From: Sedimentisphaerales bacterium
Lineage (GTDB): Bacteria; Planctomycetota; Phycisphaerae; Sedimentisphaerales; SM23-30
DNA length: 64,000 bases
Assembly: GCA_963663965.2 (NCBI GenBank)
Contig: CAXXFK010000031.1
Coordinates: 137,097 to 201,096 of the forward strand
Direction: 5' to 3'
Within the stretch, counting starts at the first letter, position 1, and every line of letters starts with the position of its first letter. A model generated the notes under the pieces. It saw nothing but the letters and a program-made list of their open reading frames with translations, did no database searches and was not told where the DNA came from. The position numbers were made by a program, and so were the translations under genes. Of this stretch, positions 32,878 to 40,746 are shown in pieces.

Positions 32878-34377
32878 ATGTTCGTGAAAAAATATATTCT
32901 TGCTATTGATCAGGGGACAAGTTCAACAAAGGCCGTAATATTTGACACTGAAGGCCGAATCGTTGCCAAAGGCACTGAGCCGCTGGCTTCATATTATCCG
33001 CAACCTGGTTTTGTCGAACAGGATCCTTTGGAATTATATCAAAATGTATTGTCGGCGATAGAATCCTGCTTGGACATGTTTCGCGCCGAGATATCTGAGG
33101 ATCTGAGTCAAATAGCTACATGCGGTATAAGCAATCAACGGGAAACCTTCTGTTTGTGGAACGCAGATGGAGCCCCGATACATCCTGCTATCGTCTGGCA
33201 ATGCAAGCGATCAGTAGATATCTGCAAAAGCCTGAAAGACTCTTCGTTGGAACAGGAAATAAATAAGCGTACCGGATTAATTGCTGACCCCTATTTTTCT
33301 GCAAGCAAGTTAATCTGGCTCTGTGAAAACGACAGCAAAATCAAATCTGCCGTAATCGCAGGAGATGTATTTTTTGGAACAGTAGACACCTGGCTGCTTT
33401 ATAAGTTTACAAACGGTCAGCGCTATTATACCGATTATACCAATGCTTCACGCACACTATTCTTCAATATTGATAATCTGGAGTGGGACAATTATCTTTT
33501 GGAACATTTTGGACTATCAGGATTGAAACTCCCCCAGGTCAGACCATCCTCATTTGATTTTGGTACAACTGATTTTGATGGTTTATTGTCTTTGTCAATT
33601 AGTATAAACGCAATGATCGGAGATTCGCATGCTGCAGCTTTTGGCGAGGGATGTTTTTCTCCGGGAACAGCCAAGGCAACATTGGGAACCGGGTGCTCAA
33701 TTTTATTAAATACAGGGAGCAAACGAGTCGAATCGACCAATGAAATGATGACTACGATCTGCTGGAGTATGGGAAATCGTGTGGATTATGCAATTGAAGG
33801 GATTATTGTAACCTGCGGTGCAACCATCGTTTGGCTGAAAGATAACTTAGGACTGCTGAGTCGAAGCGAAGACAGTGAGAAAATGGCTCTATCGGTTCAA
33901 GATACAAACGGGGTGTATTTAATCCCCGCTTTTAATGGTCTCGGAGCCCCTCATTGGAAAATGGATGCAAGAGCCGTGATCTCAGGATTAACGCTGGGGT
34001 GCAATCGCAACCATATTGTACGGGCTGCATTGGAGTCGATACCGTATCAGATTATGGATGTGATTACTGCAATGGAGACATCCAGTAATATCCCTTTAGA
34101 GCAATTACGAATCGACGGAGGCATTAGTCAAAATAAATTTCTTATGCAGTATCTTAGTGATTTGCTCCAAAAGGAAATCACCAATATCGGGATGCAGGAT
34201 GTCTCAGCGTTTGGTGCGGCGTGCCTGGCAGGATTACAGAAGGGTGTGTATCGGGACATAGAACAGCTTCCGAATAATGTCCTGAATGAGATCAAATATA
34301 TTCCCTCCAATGATAAAACGGTCAGTGTAATAAAAAAGAATTATCAAGGATGGCTGAAAGAAATAACAAAACTATGA
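32878..34377 (+). CDS. FGGY carbohydrate kinase, glycerol-kinase-like (apulose kinase candidate)
   Basis: AIDQGTSSTK, NQRET, DPYFSASK, TDYTNASRT, KATLGTG, IDGG; has GDSHAA where GlpK has GDQQAA. Confidence 0.88.
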   Translation: MFVKKYILAIDQGTSSTKAVIFDTEGRIVAKGTEPLASYYPQPGFVEQDPLELYQNVLSAIESCLDMFRAEISEDLSQIATCGISNQRETFCLWNADGAPIHPAIVWQCKRSVDICKSLKDSSLEQEINKRTGLIADPYFSASKLIWLCENDSKIKSAVIAGDVFFGTVDTWLLYKFTNGQRYYTDYTNASRTLFFNIDNLEWDNYLLEHFGLSGLKLPQVRPSSFDFGTTDFDGLLSLSISINAMIGDSHAAAFGEGCFSPGTAKATLGTGCSILLNTGSKRVESTNEMMTTICWSMGNRVDYAIEGIIVTCGATIVWLKDNLGLLSRSEDSEKMALSVQDTNGVYLIPAFNGLGAPHWKMDARAVISGLTLGCNRNHIVRAALESIPYQIMDVITAMETSSNIPLEQLRIDGGISQNKFLMQYLSDLLQKEITNIGMQDVSAFGAACLAGLQKGVYRDIEQLPNNVLNEIKYIPSNDKTVSVIKKNYQGWLKEITKL

Positions 34378-34456
34378 TAGTGCTATCAATCTGGATATGT
34401 TTGGCAGTACTCTTTTTCCAGTACATTAGAAACCCAAAAAGAATGGTGTAAGAAAG

Positions 34457-34800
34457 ATGAAAAAGACAACATTACGAAATATGTCCTCGATAAACAAAAA
34501 CGACTCAAATCAAGGGCTGATTTTCAGTTCACTTTTTGTTGTTTGTATTTTGGTGAGTATCTCCCAAGTTTATGCTGTATAACAGGCGGACAGAACACAT
34601 TTTCGTTGGTAGTGGACGGTCAGTCCGCTCCGCTTTGTGTCAGCTCAGAGGATTTTTCGGCCGTGCTAAAAGTTGCCGGGCATTTGCAAACAGACATTCA
34701 ACAAGTCACGGGTGTAAAACCAAAAATTCTCACCGATGAAACTGCTGGAAAAACTGCCGTCATTAACGGCACAATCGCCAAAAGTCCGATGATTGATAAG
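34457..34800 (+). pseudogene. N-terminal fragment of a secreted glycoside hydrolase (GH115-like N-domain)
   Basis: Broken signal peptide, then APLCVSSED..VLKVAGHLQTDIQQVTGVKP...GTIAKSPMIDK. Confidence 0.6.
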
Positions 34801-35369
34801 TGTACCAGCAAAGAGGTCTTTATGCCGCTGAATCATCCGCCGGGCGAAGCTCAGGTCGACTATTTTCAGGCCCTGGCCAATATGGATGGTGTTTTGCAGA
34901 AGACATGCTGTTTTGTGATGAGTTTACCCTATTCGGACATGTTTTTTGTCCGGGCTTATCCTCGTGAATGTACGGAATCCTTCTGGGACGGCCATGTACA
35001 GGCGTTCAAGTTTTTTGGAGGCGTTCCCAGTCGGATCAGTTATGACAATTCCCGGATCGCGATCCAGCAGATCACTGGCTGTCACAAACGGGTTTTAACC
35101 GATGGTTTTTTACGATTACAAAGTCATTATCTGTTTGTGCCTCATTTTTGTGCTGTTCGCCGTGCCAACGAAAAAGGGGTGGTCGAGAATATCGTTCGAT
35201 ACGCCCGCTGCAACTTTATGGTTCCGGTTCCCCAGGTCCGCAGTTTTGATCATCTCAACGAATGGCTCTGGGAATCCTGTTACAGTGAGCAATACCGGCA
35301 ATTGCGTGGCAAGGCCAAAACCAAGCTGGAACTCTGGCTGGAAGAGGATCAGGGATTTTTAGAATTTAA
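34801..35369 (+). mobile_element. IS21-family IstA transposase internal fragment
   Basis: EVFMPLNHPPGEAQVD, MSLPYS, FFGGVPSRISYDN, NEKGVVEN..YARCNF. Confidence 0.85.
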
Positions 35370-36913
35370 GTAACATTTTAGCCAACTGAAGCAAATTTTC
35401 TAAAATTGTCAAGAAAACGCTTGCGCCCGTGTTTGTTTTGTGTATGCTTAACAAGCATGAGCATGCATAGTAAAGCCCAACAGATTCTGGCCAACCTGAA
35501 CGGACCGATGACGGCCGAGCAGGCGCGGGCGATATTTGCCTTGGGAGAAGAGGCGGTGGTGTTTGCTTTGCTGAAATTGTCGTCCCTTCAGACCGTTTCG
35601 CCCGCTTCCACTACGGGGGCGTTGGGGCCTCACGATCCCTCGTGCCCTTCGGGACAGAAACCGCCGTTTGTCAAAGACAATCTCTCGGACAAGCGGCGTA
35701 AGAAACTCAAGGGACGCAAAGCGGGTCATCCCGGCGTTCGCCGACCGGCTCCTGACCGGGTCGACCGGACCGAAGCGCATCGGGCCGACTGTTGTCCGGA
35801 TTGCGGCGGCCACCTGAAGCGCTGTGCCGAGACCCGCGAACGACTGATCGAAGACCTGCCCGCCTCGACCCGCATTGAAGTCGTTCGCCATATCATTCAT
35901 CGCGACTGGTGTTCCAACTGCCGCAAGATGGTTGAACCGGTGATTGACGCCGCTCTGCCACGCGCCACCGTTGGCAATGGGATGCTGGTGTTGTGCGCCT
36001 GGCTGCATTTTGCCCTGGGCAACACGATTTCGCAGATTCTGGCGGTGTTCAATTACCATTTGCAATTTAAAATGTCCGGCGGCGGCCTGGTGCAGATGTG
36101 GCACCGGCTGGCGACCATTCTGGAAGCCTGGTACGATGAAATTCTGGCTGACATTCAGAAGGTCGGCGCCTTGTTTGCCGACGAGACGGGCTGGCGGATG
36201 GATGGCAAAACCCATTGGCTCTGGTGCTTTACCAGCGCGACGGCCACCATCTTTACTATCGAGCAATCGCGGGCCGGGCCGGTGGTGCTGGCGTTTATTA
36301 AAGAATGGTTCGACGGCGTGTTGGTGAGCGACTTCTGGTACGCTTACCATGTGCTGGATTGCGCCAAACAAAAATGCCTGGTGCACCTGTTGCGCGAGTT
36401 GGAGCGGGTCAAAAAATATAAGAACTGCGACAGCGACTGGCCCCGGTTTGGCAAATCGCTCAAGCGGTTGCTGCGCGATGCCATCCGTCTGAGCAAGCGG
36501 CAGGCGGACCTGGAACCGGCCATCTACCAGCGGCGTTGCGCCCTCATCGAAAAACGACTGCAAGCGATTCTGGATCATGCCTGGTCCCATCCCGATGCCA
36601 AGCGGCTGATAAAACGGCTCAAACGTCATCAAGCCGAACTGTTTACCTTTTTGTATCATCCGGAAGTGCCCTTCGACAATAACTTCGGCGAACGCAGTAT
36701 CCGTGGCGCAGTGATCATGCGCAAAAACAGCTACAACAACCGCAGCCCGCGGGGCGCCCGCATCCAATCCATCCTGATGAGCGTGTTCTACACCCTCAAA
36801 CAGCGTGGTCTCAACCCGGTCGCCGCTGTCAAAAAAGCACTGCAAATCTATCTCCAAACGGGTAAATTACCTACTTTAGCCCAATTACCTGCTTCACTTG
36901 GCTAAAATCTTAC
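35370..36913 (+). mobile_element. Compact IS66-family element (single ORF), complete, with 8-bp target site duplication
   Basis: IRL GTAACATTTTAGCCAACTGAAGC; IRR (reverse complement) GTAAGATTTTAGCCAAGTGAAGC; TSD GAATTTAA at 35362-35369 and 36914-36921. Confidence 0.93.
35457..36905 (+). CDS. IS66 transposase (TnpC)
   Basis: GRKAGHPG, CPDC...CSNC, ADETGW, WLW, VSDF, QKCLVHLLR, DNNFGERSIR. Confidence 0.93.
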   Translation: MSMHSKAQQILANLNGPMTAEQARAIFALGEEAVVFALLKLSSLQTVSPASTTGALGPHDPSCPSGQKPPFVKDNLSDKRRKKLKGRKAGHPGVRRPAPDRVDRTEAHRADCCPDCGGHLKRCAETRERLIEDLPASTRIEVVRHIIHRDWCSNCRKMVEPVIDAALPRATVGNGMLVLCAWLHFALGNTISQILAVFNYHLQFKMSGGGLVQMWHRLATILEAWYDEILADIQKVGALFADETGWRMDGKTHWLWCFTSATATIFTIEQSRAGPVVLAFIKEWFDGVLVSDFWYAYHVLDCAKQKCLVHLLRELERVKKYKNCDSDWPRFGKSLKRLLRDAIRLSKRQADLEPAIYQRRCALIEKRLQAILDHAWSHPDAKRLIKRLKRHQAELFTFLYHPEVPFDNNFGERSIRGAVIMRKNSYNNRSPRGARIQSILMSVFYTLKQRGLNPVAAVKKALQIYLQTGKLPTLAQLPASLG

Positions 36914-37204
36914 GAATTTAACCATTTTTCAAACAAATCCAACAAGAAATAGCAATAAAAGCATCAACCAGACACCAAAGTCCTGAAGGATTGTTTGAGC
37001 CAATGCCCCTGTTGGGTATTCATCCCGGAAGGGAACCGGATTCACAGATGGGGCCACGGTAAAGACTATCACCATGTGAGTCCATCAAACACCTTGACAA
37101 AAATGTTGACGAATTTCTTTCTGCAAATGAAGCATCCCATAGATCGCCGCCCTTGCGAAATATCCGCCAATCACGGCTTGAGCAAATTTGGAATCCTGGC
37201 AACT

Positions 37205-37345
37205 ATCCTGTCGCTGATTTGACAAGGATATTTATTGATGCTTTGATACTCTCGGGTAATTCAGACCATTTACTGATAAGCTACTTTAAATCATCCGGTA
37301 AATTCTTGTGCACACATTTAGCACACTTTTGATGCAAAAATGTGT
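37205..37345 (-). pseudogene. Island-end micro-ORF relic, copy 1
   Basis: HQKCAKCVHKNLPDDLK*LISKWSELPESIKASINILVKS; homologous to 39935-40060. Confidence 0.5.
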
Positions 37346-37490
37346 CCGAAGAGTGTTCTGGAACTGTAAGGAATTGTTCAGAATCGACGTTTTTCGATTT
37401 TTCGTAAGTGTTAGTATTTGCAAGGGGTTGTGAGCTTTCTGTTGTGCTTTTGTCATCGCTCTGTAATAAAACGTCAAAAGTATCCAAGGA

Positions 37491-37512
37491 GGTTCGATTC
37501 CCCCCGCCTCCA
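37491..37512 (+). repeat. tmRNA-like 3' end fragment; att site copy 2
   Basis: GGTTCGATTCCCCCCGCCTCCA, 21/22 identical to 14274-14295. Confidence 0.75.
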
Positions 37513-37855
37513 ATTTTAAATTCTAAACGCCTTTATATTTCAATGCTTTATTCGTTTATAGGCCGGAGAACAGCAATCCCCGTCCGTAACCATTTCAGTC
37601 AGCCACCTTTTATTACATTTAAACTGCATATGAATATGAATATGAATTTCCCATCGAAACCATATCCAAGTAATGTGAACATTTGGGGTACATTTCAATA
37701 ACTCAACATTCGTGGGTAACCGAACCGTCAGGATAGCTGACCGTTTGCAGACGATCATAATCGTCATAGTTCGGACGAACCTATGCCCTTCTATGTCAGC
37801 CCCTGAACTGATTTTTCTCTTGAACTGTTATCACCGCAAGTCATATAATCGCGGC

Positions 37856-39637
37856 ATGAATGTAAAAGCAAAATTTCTATCAGCGATTCTTTGTTCTTGG
37901 TTACTGGCCACCATTCAGGCGTTCGCCGGAGAGCGGGTTGCGCTGTGGCCGGAAGGGAATATCCCGGATTTTCAGACCGGTCAGATCGCAGCGACCACCC
38001 AGGAAGTGAATACTTTAGGATTCGAGGCGGCGGACCATACGATGCCGTATCTCGACTGGTACGAGGCGCCGGCGGAAAAAAATGGCGGATGCATGCTGCT
38101 CATTTCAGGCGGCGGTTATCAGAGTTGCTGCGATGGGGTGTGGATTGACCGGGTCGCGAAGAAGTTCACCGAACTCGGGTTCGTTTGCGCGAGCCTCACC
38201 TACCGTACGCCGCGTCCGCAAGGGTTGCCGATCTACCAGAGCGCGTGGGAGGATGGGCAACGCGCTGTCCGTCTCGTCCGCAACGATGCGCAGAAACGAG
38301 GATTCGCCCCGGAGAAGATCGGCGCGTTCGGGTTCTCTGCGGGCTCGCACCTGACGGTCCTGCTCGCAACGAGCGCGCTCACACCGGCGTATGAGCCGGT
38401 CGACGGACTCGACCAGCTTCCGTGCCACATAAACTGGGCTGTGCCGATTTACACCGCCTACGCGCTCACGGACGGACTCACCGGCCCCAACACGCGCGAG
38501 GGCGAAGCGATCGATGTCAAGCTCTCGGATGTGTTCAAGTTCGACGAAAAGACCTGTCCGATGGCGCTCTTCCATGGCGGGGCGGACATTTATTCGCCGA
38601 ACGGCTCCACGCAGATCTACCGTCAGCTCCGCAGGATGAAAATCCCGGCCGAAATCCATCTCTTCGCGGATCGTCCCCACGGGTTCATGGGCAACCCAGA
38701 AAAGGGCGAGGACGGCACCGCCTATGACCACTGGCTTGACCGTATCGCCGAGTTCATCCGCCAGATGAATTTTGACGGGCGTCTCGGCGATGAAATCGAT
38801 CTGATGTCCCGCTATCCGAACAACGATGCACGTGGCGAATATCTCAAGGAGACAGTCTGGCCGGAAGGCAAAATGCCGGATGTGCAGACGAACCAGTGCG
38901 AGCCATATCTCGAGTGGCACATGCCGAAGGAACTCAAGACGAAGGCCATCCAGATCATCTACTCGGGCGGCGGCTACATGGGCAACAATCCGGATGGATT
39001 CGAAGTCGCGCCGGCGCGGCGTTACCTGAACGAAAAGGGCATGACGGTTGTGACGATGAAATACCGCACGCCGCGTCCGCTGAATGGGCTGGCCAAGCAT
39101 ACGACGGCGTGGCAGGATCTGCAACGCACCGTCCGAATCGTCCGCAGCCAGGCAGCGGCGAAGGGGCTCGACCCCGACCGCATCGGCATCATGGGCTCCT
39201 CAGCCGGCGGTCATCTGACACTCATGGGTGCGACCAGTTCGAAACGCCGTTCCTATTGGCCAATCGACGACCTTGACAAGCTTCCCTGCAATGTGCAGTG
39301 GGCGGTCGCGATCTATCCGGCGTACGCGCTCACAGACGGCGCACAATCCCCGAATGCGATGGGCGGCAACGAAGACGATGCGCGGCTCGTTCCTGAGTTC
39401 TCGTTCGACGGCGCGACCTGTCCGATCCTGTTCATCCACGGCGACAAGGATGGTTGGGCGGCGATGAATTCGGTGAAATGCTGGGAGCAGCTTCGCCGGA
39501 TGGGCATCCAGTCCGATCTCCACACGCTCATCGAACGCGATCACTGCTTCCAGAGGAACGCCGCTCCGGGTACGGGCAGCTATACCTGGATGGGGCGCAT
39601 TTGGGAATTCATGAACCACAAGGGTTTCAACAAGTAA
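37856..39637 (+). CDS. Secreted tandem alpha/beta-hydrolase (two acetyl-esterase/BD-FAE-like domains)
   Basis: Signal peptide; SGGGY and YRTPRP in each half; nucleophile motifs GFSAGSH and GSSAGGH; HGF and HCF His motifs; probable start ATG 37856. Confidence 0.88.
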   Translation: MNVKAKFLSAILCSWLLATIQAFAGERVALWPEGNIPDFQTGQIAATTQEVNTLGFEAADHTMPYLDWYEAPAEKNGGCMLLISGGGYQSCCDGVWIDRVAKKFTELGFVCASLTYRTPRPQGLPIYQSAWEDGQRAVRLVRNDAQKRGFAPEKIGAFGFSAGSHLTVLLATSALTPAYEPVDGLDQLPCHINWAVPIYTAYALTDGLTGPNTREGEAIDVKLSDVFKFDEKTCPMALFHGGADIYSPNGSTQIYRQLRRMKIPAEIHLFADRPHGFMGNPEKGEDGTAYDHWLDRIAEFIRQMNFDGRLGDEIDLMSRYPNNDARGEYLKETVWPEGKMPDVQTNQCEPYLEWHMPKELKTKAIQIIYSGGGYMGNNPDGFEVAPARRYLNEKGMTVVTMKYRTPRPLNGLAKHTTAWQDLQRTVRIVRSQAAAKGLDPDRIGIMGSSAGGHLTLMGATSSKRRSYWPIDDLDKLPCNVQWAVAIYPAYALTDGAQSPNAMGGNEDDARLVPEFSFDGATCPILFIHGDKDGWAAMNSVKCWEQLRRMGIQSDLHTLIERDHCFQRNAAPGTGSYTWMGRIWEFMNHKGFNK

Positions 39638-39934
39638 AAAAGCAAACAAGGCAGTATCAGGATCTTGGGGACAGGCAAACAATTGCAGCCCAGTACAACG
39701 GCAAAGGTAATCTCGAACCAGGTACTATGGAGGAATGTGAACGCGTGTCAGCCAGGCTGCGCGATATCAGTCCCTTCACGGGTGAACTCCAGCACTTGCC
39801 CCGTACGCACGACACATTCTTCCCGTAAGGGCACACAAATTATGGTTATTGAACTTCCCTTGCTTAAGGAAAATTGGGATGGGTTAAGGATATAATGGTT
39901 AGAATCCTTGTCGAAATTCAGTATAAAAGTTTGC

Positions 39935-40060
39935 TGATTTGACAAGAATCTTTATCATTTTCTTGATGCTTTCCGACAGGTGCGGCCAGCGTAGAATGAT
40001 TTCCTGTAAATTGGCCGGTAAATATTTGGGCACACATAGGACACACTTTTTGTGTTTATA
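39935..40060 (-). pseudogene. Island-end micro-ORF, copy 2
   Basis: HKKCVLCVPKYLPANLQEIILRWPHLSESIKKMIKILVKS; carries CACACATAGGACACACTT. Confidence 0.5.
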
Positions 40061-40129
40061 TTCTGTATCAGAACTGTATACCTCTGTTGTTTGATCATCA
40101 ATTCCGGTATCTATTACATGTTTCCCATC

Positions 40130-40295
40130 TGGATTTCGGGCCGGCAACTTCAGGGTCTGGACTCCTGAGCCCTTTAAGATCTCCGCAAATCCCTCAGTGG
40201 TATGCAAGGGATCGCGATCGTAGATCAGATAACGTTTGCCATTCAGGAAGCCTTGATCACTATCGGTTAAAATCCGGGAGACCCGGCGTATATCC
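40130..40295 (-). mobile_element. Integrase-core (rve) transposase fragment
   Basis: SRILTDSDQGFLNGKRYLIYDRDP...EILKGSGVQTLKLPARNP. Confidence 0.65.
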
Positions 40296-40464
40296 GAGCC
40301 ATCTGGCTGAGGCTTGATGGGAGCAAAACAGAACATCCCTTATTTGATTGACTGGGATGAGACAAACCGTATTCCGCCAGTATTTCCATAAAACCATCCA
40401 TACCGACAGCCCCATTCAAATTGTAATCGCCGTAAATACCAAACACCGGATTATACTTGTTACA

Positions 40465-40650
40465 GTGTAACCGTTCGGCAAACTTGTTTTTGTTGTCGAT
40501 GCTGACATGATTCAGTTATCAAAATAAGTCCGACTGATCTTCTTCGTCCAGTTGGCATCGACAATCTGGCATTTCTGGGCCGTAAAACCGTGGGAACGCA
40601 GAAATGCGTCAAAGCGTTCAAACGATTGTCTGCCAATCGAAAAGTCCTGC
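40465..40650 (-). mobile_element. Decayed IS5-like transposase fragment
   Basis: Manual translation FERFDAFLRSHGFTAQKCQIVDA/NWTKK...NHVSIDNKNKF, with internal deletion and frameshift. Confidence 0.5.
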
Positions 40651-40746
40651 TGGCATAACCGTGCTTCTTTCACAGGAGGGTGTTTTTCAGGTCCAAGTCT
40701 CCAACGAAACCATTATCATGGCTGCATAGCCGCGATGCACAAAAAA

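Larger units (their letters stand above)
14268..37512. mobile_element. Degenerate genomic island flanked by tmRNA-like 3' direct repeats; no intact integrase
   Basis: GGTTCGA(C/T)TCCCCCCGCCTCCA at 14274-14295 and 37491-37512; identical internal 18-mer CACACATTTAGCACACTT at 14371 and 37311. Confidence 0.7.

Noticed and set aside
35448..36857. 469-aa antisense ORF spanning the IS66 transposase
   Set aside because: Mirrors the transposase along its length, typical of GC3-rich genes; no independent motifs.
37286..37513. ORF starting MEAGGIEPP
   Set aside because: This is the antisense translation of the tmRNA-like 3' end, not a credible protein.
38105..39124. 339-aa antisense ORF and several overlapping short ORFs
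   Set aside because: Shadows of the GC-rich esterase gene.
39899..40336. 145-aa ORF as a real gene
   Set aside because: Chimera of an rve transposase fragment and the island-end micro-ORF.
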